A stretch of DNA of 64,000 bases from Candidatus Marinacidobacterales bacterium (GTDB taxonomy: Bacteria; Acidobacteriota; Vicinamibacteria; Marinacidobacterales; SMYC01). Below the pieces are notes generated by a model. That model searched no databases and was not told the DNA's origin. It was given only the letters and a program-made list of their open reading frames with translations. The position numbers and the translations under genes were made by a program. Where the stretch lies: assembly GCA_965224085.1 (NCBI GenBank), contig CBDCYI010000011.1, positions 320,001-384,000 of the forward strand, written 5' to 3'. Positions 1 through 8,537 of this stretch are shown here, in pieces (positions within the stretch are counted from its first letter, which is position 1; each line of letters starts with the position of its first letter).

Positions 1-212
1 CAGCCCGTGAAAGCTGCCGTTGCGCGGCTCACTTCGATACCGTGCTCGGCGAGAATGCCCGCGAGCTTTCGCACCGCCGCAGTGTCCCCGGCGTTTCTGA
101 TGGCGTAGGCCGCAACACTCTCGCTTCGGCCCTCCTCGATGGCGGATTGGGCGCTGGCGGAGCCAGCGAGGAACAGAGTTGAAACAAAAGAAAAGACGGA
201 CGCACGGACCAT
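1..212 (-). CDS. Partial secreted protein, possibly M14 peptidase-related; runs off the window edge
   Basis: Manual translation MVRASVFSFVSTLFLAGSASAQ... shows a signal peptide, then ...LAGILAEHGIEVSRATAAF. Confidence 0.45.
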   Translation of the reverse strand, partial: MVRASVFSFVSTLFLAGSASAQSAIEEGRSESVAAYAIRNAGDTAAVRKLAGILAEHGIEVSRATAAFTG

Positions 213-281
213 GAAACACACCTCGCTCGATAAAAGAACGCGCGATGTTAGTGCGCGAGTGCTGGTCGAAGCAAGCTGCCG

Positions 282-947
282 CTAACGGCAGTAAGCTTCT
301 CGGAGGGTGTTGAGGTCACTTGCGGTGAGAAGACTCACCGGATCTTTGGCTTGATTGTGAGCGCCGAAATTGCCTGCCGCCGACATCTTGTCCTCGGAGG
401 ACGGAGAGTGATCCACGATGCCAAGCACATGGCCGAACTCGTGCGCGGTCGTGTTGGCGATGTCGTTCACGAGAAAGCGCGTGCGCTCGTAGTGGCTACG
501 CGTCAGCTTGATTTTCGCGTTCACGATGAGCTCGTCGGTGAAGGTGAGCTCTGTGATGCCCATAGCGTTTTCCGGAAGCGGGCCTTTTGTGAGGGACAGG
601 GTGACCGGGGCTGCGTTCGGAGAGTAGCTCACCCGAAACTGAACCATGCGGCCCATCGTCCGTTGTAAGGCTTCTGCCCAGAGATGGATGCCGCGCTCGA
701 CGCCTTCGCGGTAGACGTCCAGCAGCGTTTCGGGAATCGGACCGAGATCGACATAGACGTCGACAGGAAAGCTCTGCCACCTTTTCAGTTGGGTCGCCGA
801 GGCGAAGTTCGGTTGCGCGCCGCAGGTGGCGAGAATCTCCGGCGCCCTATCGGGTGAGCTCGGAAGCGGCGTACAGGCCACCAGCGCGAGTGCGATGTGG
901 CACAGAAGACCCAAAAGGTAGCGAAAACGAAAGCTCGAAGCGCTCAA
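282..947 (-). CDS. Matrixin-like zinc metalloprotease lipoprotein
   Basis: Lipobox LVAC; HEFGHVLGIVDH (HExxHxxGxxxH) followed by a Met-turn-like DKMS. Confidence 0.8.
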   Translation of the reverse strand: MSASSFRFRYLLGLLCHIALALVACTPLPSSPDRAPEILATCGAQPNFASATQLKRWQSFPVDVYVDLGPIPETLLDVYREGVERGIHLWAEALQRTMGRMVQFRVSYSPNAAPVTLSLTKGPLPENAMGITELTFTDELIVNAKIKLTRSHYERTRFLVNDIANTTAHEFGHVLGIVDHSPSSEDKMSAAGNFGAHNQAKDPVSLLTASDLNTLREAYCR

Positions 948-1090
948 ACGACCCTCGTGAGCAGACAGACGACGGCGTTCGAAAAATGTTTAGTTCCGTT
1001 GCCGCGAAGGTGAACTGGATTGTGGGTTGTTGGATCTAGTGTAGCATTTCACACAAAAAAAGGAAGGGCGAGGAGAGCCTTTCTACTAGG

Positions 1091-2780
1091 CTAGTTCCTG
1101 TCCAGAAACACCATAACTTGTGGTGTACGAGAGGCCTATCGAAGATGTGGGTATTATACGTTTTCAGTCGGCACCTCGTAGGCTCGGAAGCGAATGAAAA
1201 TCTTGGACGAAACGAGAGGCGAATCGTCAGCAATCCATGGCTATAAACGCAGTAAGAGTAATCATTATTATCGTAATAGGTGCCTTGCCATTACCAACAG
1301 GTTGCAGGTGATGATGGAACTCCATACGTAGGATTTGAAAGAAGGCAATGAGCGCCATGTGCATCGGTCGAGACCAAAGACTCGTTTCAAGAACGAAATG
1401 ACGCCTTCGATTCCGCAGCGAAATCGCCGTAGGCGTTGATAGACCCAGGAACTCTTGACCATATCGGTCACCGCGAAGTGAGCCTTGGTAAAGGCAACAT
1501 CTTCAACTCCCTTGCCTTTGATGGCTTCCAAGTTTGCCTTTGAAGAAAACGCGCCATCGTAGGCAACCTGGCGCGGGGCCCGTTCGTAGAGTTCGACTTG
1601 ACGGTCGATCATGGTTTCCGCGAGAGTTGAATCGGACGGATTCCCATCCAAGATCACGCAATCCAAAATCATCGAGGACGAGCCACCAGTCAAACACACC
1701 TTGTGACCGTAGAGAGTCTCGCGCCGGTCTTTGCGAATAATGTCGGTGTGTTCTTCGAAGATCGAAACGACCTTTTCCTCCGCAGGCACACGCTCTTCAT
1801 CAATCACTCTACGCCGAGTTTGGTTGATGACTTTTTCGGTGAGGACGAGAAAGTGCTTAAAATCCGCGGCGATCTTCTCCGCACTCGCTCGCTTCACCGG
1901 CTCGGTCAAGCCGGACTCGTCCAACTGGTCTGCAACGCGTTGAGCGGAGCGATAGGTTTCTTCCGACACCTTCAGTAGATCTCGATAGACGCGACGCCTT
2001 TGTTCCTTATCCTTCGCGTTTAGAACTCCCAGTCGACGTCTCTTCGCTCGACGCGTTCGATTGCCGAAGACCACTACTGTACCCAGCAGTTCGCGAGTTC
2101 GGCACATGAGGCGAGTGAGAACTCGGACGCAGTCATAAAGAAGCTCGGAGTCCGTAGGAGAATGAATATTCGACTCCACTACCGTGCAGTCCACTCGTAC
2201 TTTTCTTCCTTTTTCGATCGCGGTCTTCTCGGCAACACTCACCAACTCTCGGTTGATTTTCTCCAGCGTTTCGAACTTCACGGCTTTGATGTTTGCTGCT
2301 AGGGTCGACTTCGACGGGCTCGGCTCTATGATGCCGAGCTGGCAAAACGTCCGATAGCTTCGAGAGTCTGCCAAGTGAAACGCCAGCTCCCGATAGGTGA
2401 ACTGATTCAGCTGCTTGACCAACAACGCCCGGAGAACCTGCTCCGCGCTCATTCCCCCACGACCAACATCGCTCCCTGCCGATGGGGTGACCGACCTCAG
2501 GTCTTGCAGTACCAGCTCATTCAGCTTAGGATGGGCATCGAGCAGCGATGATATCGTTTCGAGCTCGCGTGCGTGCTCCAGCTCCAGCCAGGGCTCGCGA
2601 AGGCTTGGTTGTGGGTTGATCGTTTTTCGCATTTAGGGCTGGTCTCCTTTGGAGTTAAGTCGTTTAGAATCTGCGTTTTTGTCGACTCGATACTAAACGA
2701 CACTCCCTCAGAAGGCTAGCCCTAAATTTGCGATTACCCCTTTTTTCTCAACCTCTTACACCTGTCAGGACGGGTACTAG
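1091..2780 (-). mobile_element. ISNCY/IS5-like insertion sequence, apparently complete
   Basis: Imperfect terminal IR: CTAGTTCCTGTCCAGA (1091) vs reverse complement CTAGTACCCGTCCTGA (2780), 13/16 match. TACTAGGCTAGTT occurs at both ends. Encloses a transposase. Confidence 0.8.
1268..2632 (-). CDS. DDE transposase (ISNCY family)
   Basis: RVDCTVVESNIHSPTDS, YGHK, AYDGAF and FRCGIEGVISFLKR motifs. Confidence 0.9.
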   Translation of the reverse strand: MRKTINPQPSLREPWLELEHARELETISSLLDAHPKLNELVLQDLRSVTPSAGSDVGRGGMSAEQVLRALLVKQLNQFTYRELAFHLADSRSYRTFCQLGIIEPSPSKSTLAANIKAVKFETLEKINRELVSVAEKTAIEKGRKVRVDCTVVESNIHSPTDSELLYDCVRVLTRLMCRTRELLGTVVVFGNRTRRAKRRRLGVLNAKDKEQRRRVYRDLLKVSEETYRSAQRVADQLDESGLTEPVKRASAEKIAADFKHFLVLTEKVINQTRRRVIDEERVPAEEKVVSIFEEHTDIIRKDRRETLYGHKVCLTGGSSSMILDCVILDGNPSDSTLAETMIDRQVELYERAPRQVAYDGAFSSKANLEAIKGKGVEDVAFTKAHFAVTDMVKSSWVYQRLRRFRCGIEGVISFLKRVFGLDRCTWRSLPSFKSYVWSSIITCNLLVMARHLLR

Positions 2781-2820
2781 GCTAGTTGCATCGACGTGCC
2801 CATCCCTTTATCCTCCCGCG

Positions 2821-3027
2821 ATGGTGCGCTATCCAAAATGGCTGTTCGCGCTCGTGCCCGGCCTCATCGTGTTGCACCTGAACTATTGGATGTGGGATGA
2901 CACACGCCTTGTCTTCGGCCTGCCCGTAAACTTGCTGTACCACATCCTTTTGTGCGCATCGCTTGGCTTTATCATGCGCAGCCTAGTGAAGCGCGCCTGG
3001 CCTTCTTACCTGGACGACGACGGATAA
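2821..3027 (+). CDS. Small 2-TM membrane protein (DUF3311-like), partner of the SSS transporter
   Basis: LHLNYWMWDDTRLVFGLP; lies directly upstream of a solute:Na+ symporter. Confidence 0.75.
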   Translation: MVRYPKWLFALVPGLIVLHLNYWMWDDTRLVFGLPVNLLYHILLCASLGFIMRSLVKRAWPSYLDDDG

Positions 3028-3041
3028 GGCCTTTTTTCGAA

Positions 3042-4523
3042 GTGACGCCGGTTCTCTCCATCCTTCTGCTTTATCTTGGCGGTGTGCTCGCCGTCGGGCT
3101 CTGGGGTCACCGCATGTTTCGTGGCACCGGGGAGGACTTCTTTCTCGCGAGCCGCACGATTGGCCCCTTCGTGCTCCTGATGACGCTCTTCGGGACCAAC
3201 ATGACCGCCTTCAGCGTTCTAGGAGCGTCGGGTGAAGCCCATCGACACGGCATCGGCGTGTTTCTCTTGATGGGGACGGGCTCGGCGGTCGTGATCCCGC
3301 TCGTCTTCTACTTCGTCGGGATTCGGCTCTGGTGGCTCGGCAAGCGAGAAGGCTTCGTGACGCAGGCTCAGTTCCTCCGTGCCCGTTACGGCTTCGACGC
3401 CCTTGGGCTCGTCTCATTCGTCGTGCTGATCGCCCTTTTGATCCCGTATGTCTTGATCGGCGTCAAAGGCGGCGGCGACGTTTTGACAGCGCTCACCGGC
3501 GGCGCCCAGGAGGGTTTACCCTCTTGGGTCGGAAGCCTCTTGATGTGCAGCGTCATCTTCACCTATGTCACCTATGGCGGGATGCGCAGCACGGCCTGGG
3601 CGAACACGTTTCAAACGCTCGTCTTCATGACCGTCGGCGCTCTCGCCTTTTTCGCGATTTTCGGTGAGTATGGCGGCCTTCGCGCGGCGATGGAGCGCGT
3701 CGCGGAGAGGGACGAGAGCCTCTTGGCCGTTCCGAAGAACGCTCACGAGCTCTCGAGGATGATCTCCTACTTGTTCCTTCCGTTATCGGCCGGCGTCTTC
3801 CCGCATATTTTCAGCCACTGGCTTTCCGCCAAGAAGGCGGAGACCTTCCGCTTGGCGATCATCTTCTATCCGATCTGCATCACCGTCGTTTGGATACCGA
3901 GCGTCATGCTGGGTGTGGTGGGAAACATCGACTTTCCGCCGCCGACCGAAGGTCCCATTCTCGTTATTCTGATTCTCGAGCACGCGGGGGGTGTTCTCGC
4001 TGGGCTCCTCGCGGCGGGGGTGCTCGCCGCGATCATGTCGTCGCTCGACTCGCAAACGCTCGCGACGGGCTCGATGTTCACAAACGACATCGTGCGCCAT
4101 TACGGCTTCCACGATCGTCTGTCCGAGCGGCAGCAAGTCCTCTTTGGCCGGATCTTCGTCATGGGTTTTCTCGCTATGGTGCTCGTCATTTCGCTTTTCA
4201 CCTCACGCTCGATCTTCAGCGTGGGGGTCTGGTCGCTCTCCGGTTTCGCGGCGCTTTTTCCCGTGCTCGTGGCCGCCCTCTACTGGAAGCGGAGCACGGG
4301 CGCGGGCGCGCTCGCGGGGGTCGTTACCGTGGCCGTGTTGTGGGGTTTGTTCTTCGCGCGCTCTCTCGCCGTCTCCGGCGAGTACACCATGGGCGGCACC
4401 GGGCTTCTTCCCGTGGTAGCGATGTTCGGCGGGTGTTGTATCAGCCTCACGGTGGTGTCACTTTTCACCGCCCCGCCGGATGAGGCCGTGCTGGCAAGGT
4501 TCTTCCCTGAAGAACTGCGCTAG
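3042..4523 (+). CDS. Sodium:solute symporter (PanF/PutP-like)
   Basis: EDFFLASRTIG, YGGMRSTAW and AAIMSSLDSQ motifs; many TM helices; likely GTG start at 3042. Confidence 0.9.
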   Translation: MTPVLSILLLYLGGVLAVGLWGHRMFRGTGEDFFLASRTIGPFVLLMTLFGTNMTAFSVLGASGEAHRHGIGVFLLMGTGSAVVIPLVFYFVGIRLWWLGKREGFVTQAQFLRARYGFDALGLVSFVVLIALLIPYVLIGVKGGGDVLTALTGGAQEGLPSWVGSLLMCSVIFTYVTYGGMRSTAWANTFQTLVFMTVGALAFFAIFGEYGGLRAAMERVAERDESLLAVPKNAHELSRMISYLFLPLSAGVFPHIFSHWLSAKKAETFRLAIIFYPICITVVWIPSVMLGVVGNIDFPPPTEGPILVILILEHAGGVLAGLLAAGVLAAIMSSLDSQTLATGSMFTNDIVRHYGFHDRLSERQQVLFGRIFVMGFLAMVLVISLFTSRSIFSVGVWSLSGFAALFPVLVAALYWKRSTGAGALAGVVTVAVLWGLFFARSLAVSGEYTMGGTGLLPVVAMFGGCCISLTVVSLFTAPPDEAVLARFFPEELR

Positions 4524-4559
4524 TATTAAGGTGCTGATTAACGACAAACGACAAATGAC

Positions 4560-6601
4560 ATGCTGGCTCTCACAGGCATCGCGCTCCTTTTTCTGAGCGG
4601 CGTTCTCTTCGGGTGGACGCTTCGGCGCGGGAAATATCGCCGCTATCCGTTCGAGCAATTCGCGCTCGTCGGCGCGAGCGCGGCCATCGGCTTTGCTAGC
4701 GTGCTGACGAGACCGAACGTCGTTCACTGGATTCTCTTCGTCGTCGAGCTCGTGGTGCTCGCCGTCCTCACCTGGTACGTGAGCATGGGCGCGCGATTTT
4801 CGCGCGGAGAAACCAGCTTGAAGCTCGGCGAGCCGTTTCCAAGCTTCACGCTTCCGGACTCCCGCGGCGGGACCTTCGTGTCGAAAAGCCTCGAGGGCCT
4901 CGACGGCAAAACGGCGCTCTACCTCTTCTACCGGGGCCCATGGTGACCGTTCTGCACGAGTGAGCTCGGGCAGCTCCAGAAATTCCAAACGCGGGTCACC
5001 GATGCAGACGCCCGCATTTTCGCTATAAGCGTCGATCCTCCTGAGATCTCGGAAGCCTTCCGGCGAAAGCTCGGGGCCGATTTCACCTTTCTCTCCGACG
5101 AGAACGGTGAGCTTATTGACAAGCTCGACATCCGCCACCGGGGCGGCGGTCCCGGAAAAGATGTTCCATTTCCGACGGGTATCCTCGTCGACAAATACGG
5201 GATCGTTCGCTGGATTTACTACGCCGAGTTCGGCCACATGCGCATGACGCCACAGGACTTGTTCGATGCTCTCGAGAGACCGACGCTCCACGAGCAAAAC
5301 CGCGAGCTCCGCCGAGGCCGCTCCGTCGCCAAAGTGGTGAGACAAGTCTTCTTGATGCAGAAGCCGGACGACCTCGCGCTCGCTATCGATGTCTTGCAGG
5401 ACGAGCTGTTGCGGCTCGGGCTTCGCTTTTCGGTCTGCGGCATCGCCATCATCAATAAGGAAGAGCAGAAGGTGCAGACTTACAGCGCAACGGAGGGCGG
5501 CGGGCTAGTGACAAAGGACCTCTCCGTCCACGGCACGCCGCAGGTCCGGCAGCTCATCGATGCATGGAAAGAACAACGGGTCGAGACCCTGCGCTTCGAC
5601 GGCACTGATTTTGTGGAAGAGGGCGGGCACCCCGAGTGGCGCTGGCTCGTCACTGTGCCGTTCTCGCACGGGGTCCTCTTCGTCGGTGGCTCGCAGGCGG
5701 ACGAGCCGACAGAAGAGCACGTGACGACGCTGACCGAGTTCGCCGATGCGATTTCGGTCGCCTTCCAGCGCTTCGTCGATTTCCGGGAGCTATCAGAGAC
5801 GCAGCTCCAGCTCATTCAGGCCGAGAAAATGGCATCGCTCGGACAGCTCGTCGCCGGCGTCGCCCACGAGCTCAACACGCCCATGGGAGCCATTCACAGC
5901 AATACGCAGACGGAAGGAAAAACGCTCGAGCGTGTCGGTGAACGACTGGCTTCCGCGGAGAGCTTGAGCGCTTCTGAGCTAAAATTGGTTTCGAGCTCCA
6001 TCGACGTACTGCGTGAGATGAACGCCGTCAACGAGACTGCGTCTCGCCGCATCATTCACATCGTCTCGAATCTGAGGAAGTTCGCGCGCCTCGACGAGTC
6101 GGAGTGGCAGAGCATCGACATCACCCAAGGGCTCGAAGAGACGCTCGCTCTCGTCGAGCACAAAACGAAAAATCGCATCTCGGTCGACGAAATCTACGGC
6201 GACATCCCGTACGTGAACTGTTATGCGGGACAGATCAATCAAGTCTTCATGAACCTCATCGTAAATGCCATTCAGGCTATCGACGGACGCGGCCGGATTC
6301 GGATCGAGACGTTTCGTGACGGCGACGAGGCCATCGTGAGCGTTTCTGACGACGGAGCCGGGATCGCCGAAGAGGATCTCGCCCGGATATTCGACCCGGT
6401 TTCACGACCAAGGGTGTCGGTGTAGGGACGGGCCTTGGCTTATCGATCTGCTACCGCATCGTGCAGAACCATGGCGGGCGGCTCACGGTGACGAGCGAGC
6501 TCGGAAAGGGCTCGACCTTTACCGTTGCGATCCCCATTCAAGGTGCGCCTCCCGCCGAGCGTCCGCGGGCGGCGGCCACCTATTCGACGACACCCACGTG
6601 A
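4560..6601 (+). CDS. Predicted selenoprotein: 3 TM + AhpC/TSA peroxiredoxin-like domain (W-U-P-F-C) + GAF-like domain + HisKA/HATPase sensor kinase. UGA at 4944-4946; one base missing near 6398.
   Basis: The frame stays open from 4947 into ORF 5238 ([39 protein letters not shown]). H-box AHELNTP, N-box [15 protein letters not shown], then FTTK/GTGLGL in the shifted frame, ending at TGA 6599-6601. Confidence 0.85.
4950..4981 (+). promoter_or_regulatory. Candidate bacterial SECIS hairpin
   Basis: TTCTG..GAGCT-CGGGC-AGCTC-CAGAA; the G-containing apical loop starts 20 nt after the UGA. Confidence 0.6.
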
Positions 6602-6608
6602 GACTGCC

Positions 6609-6857
6609 ATGCCAGCTAGAAACGATATCGAGCTCGTCAACGTTTTCGACTCTGCGAACCCGGGTCTCTTAGCCCTCGCGAAATCGCTTCTCGAAGGTGC
6701 CGGCATCGAATACCTCGCCGTGGGTGAGAACGCGGGGGCCGTGTTTTCCGGCAATCCTTTCCTGGGGAAGGTGCGCCTCGACGTCGCCAAAGATCGCGCG
6801 GAAGAGGCGACGGCGCTTCTCGCCGAGCTCCAAGACGAACCTCCCGCGTCTTCCTGA
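6609..6857 (+). CDS. DUF2007-like putative signal-transducing protein
   Basis: ALAKSLLEGAGIEY...VRLDVAKDRAEEATALL pattern. Confidence 0.8.
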   Translation: MPARNDIELVNVFDSANPGLLALAKSLLEGAGIEYLAVGENAGAVFSGNPFLGKVRLDVAKDRAEEATALLAELQDEPPASS

Positions 6858-6907
6858 CAAACATCTTCTTGCCGTACGGACGCCGGCCGTAATACCCTTG
6901 GCACCCC

Positions 6908-7969
6908 ATGTCCAAGCGCGCCACCGCTACCTTTCTCGTCTTTCTCTGGGTCGCCATCGAAGTCAAGCCGCAGGAGCCGGCGGCGTGGCCTCAGTGGGGT
7001 GATGACCTCATCTTTCACACTTTCTCGATCGCCGCGATCGATCCCGAAACGGGTGAATCCGGCGTCGCTGTCACGACACGCAACCCGTGTGTCGGCAACG
7101 GCGTGCCCTGGGTGCGCGCAGGCGTTGGCGCGGTTGCGACGCAAGCGAGCACGCGGACGGCGTACGGAAACGAAATCCTCGATCTGCTCGCGGAGGGCCA
7201 CAGCGCGGAGGAAGCGCTCAGCCGCACCATCGCCGATGACGAGCGGGCCGCGCATCGTCAGATCGGCGCGATCGGATTGAAAGGCGGCACCGCGCAACAT
7301 ACGGGCTCCGAAACGCGCTCCTGGTCGGGTCAACTTGCGGGCCGGAACTACGTGGCGCAAGGGAACTCGCTCGTAGGACCTCAAGTCGTTCAGGCTGTCG
7401 CGCGCTCGTTCGAGTCGTCCGAGGGGAGCGGCCGCCACCTCGCCGACCGCCTCATCACAGGGCTCGAAGCGGGCCAAGCGACCGGCGGCGATGCACGCAA
7501 AGGTCGTACGCAGTCCGCGGCGGTCATAGTCGCGGACCCGCGCGAAGGGCATTCACGCCGACCCGACCGGGTCTCGACCCACGTGAACGTCTGCGAGAAC
7601 GAAGCGCCCGTCGCGGAGCTCCGGCATATCTACGACACGATCGGCCAGACGCTCGGTTTTCGGACGCTGCAGCAATATTCGGGCCGCGACATCGTACAGC
7701 TCAAGATCATGCTTCACGCGCTTGGCTACTTTCGCGCGGGCCAATCCAAGCTCGCAAGCGAGAACGGCGCTCCTATCTACACAGAGGAGCTCGTCACGGC
7801 CGTGGATGCCTTCCGCAAAGCGGAGGGACTCACGACTTCCGAATCAGGATCCCCACCCGGCCTCGTCGATCGCGACACGGTAGCGTTTCTATGGACGCGC
7901 CTCGAGGAGGCGGGAAAGGCCACCGCCATCCGCGAGCAGATCAAAGAGATCACGGCCGTCACGCGGTAG
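6908..7969 (+). CDS. DUF1028 (Ntn-hydrolase-like) protein with a C-terminal peptidoglycan-binding-like domain
   Basis: HTFSIAAIDPETGESGVAV, GVGAVATQA, GGDARKGRTQSAA; C-terminal LHALGYF...AVDAFRKAEGL. Confidence 0.85.
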   Translation: MSKRATATFLVFLWVAIEVKPQEPAAWPQWGDDLIFHTFSIAAIDPETGESGVAVTTRNPCVGNGVPWVRAGVGAVATQASTRTAYGNEILDLLAEGHSAEEALSRTIADDERAAHRQIGAIGLKGGTAQHTGSETRSWSGQLAGRNYVAQGNSLVGPQVVQAVARSFESSEGSGRHLADRLITGLEAGQATGGDARKGRTQSAAVIVADPREGHSRRPDRVSTHVNVCENEAPVAELRHIYDTIGQTLGFRTLQQYSGRDIVQLKIMLHALGYFRAGQSKLASENGAPIYTEELVTAVDAFRKAEGLTTSESGSPPGLVDRDTVAFLWTRLEEAGKATAIREQIKEITAVTR

Positions 7970-8007
7970 CGCTCGCCTAAAACGCTACAGCATTTGGCTG
8001 ACGCGAC

Positions 8008-8334
8008 CTATTTCTTCTTGGTCTTCTTCGTCGGCGTGAAGCGGTAGCGCGCCATCGAGAGCTTGCCGTCTTCGCTGAAGCGAACGCCCTCGCTCTCGAG
8101 CAAGCGCCGCTGCAAATCGGGAGGATCGACGAGGTGCTCCGTCGAGATCCCTCCGGAGGCGTTGACCACCCGCTGCCAGGGTACGCCTTCCGGGCAATCT
8201 TGCATCGCCCAGCCGACCGCGCGAGCGGAGAGCGCCCGACTCAGAAGCTCCGCAATTTGCCCGTAGTTCATCACGCGGCCGCGCGGGATACGGCGGACGA
8301 TCGCGTAAACTTCGTCGAACGCCGAGCCCGCCAC
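8008..8334 (-). CDS. Alkyltransferase-like protein (MGMT/YbaZ family)
   Basis: IPRGRVMNYGQIA, ARAVGWAM, PWQRVVN (Trp at the catalytic Cys position); AGGAGG before the GTG. Confidence 0.85.
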   Translation of the reverse strand: MAGSAFDEVYAIVRRIPRGRVMNYGQIAELLSRALSARAVGWAMQDCPEGVPWQRVVNASGGISTEHLVDPPDLQRRLLESEGVRFSEDGKLSMARYRFTPTKKTKKK

Positions 8335-8537
8335 TACCACCTCCTGAGTGCTAACACCGCTGCCGGCACGACTGCTAGTAGGGCGCCAACATGACAGCTT
8401 GTGCGAAGTAGCTCGCGACGCGCGCCCGCATATTCTCGGTGTCCATATCGATTTCATCGTACTACAGACTGCGTTGCTCAGAAGGAGGCATGTTGGGGAA
8501 AAACTGGTGATAGACTCGCCCTCGCGAGGCAGAGACC

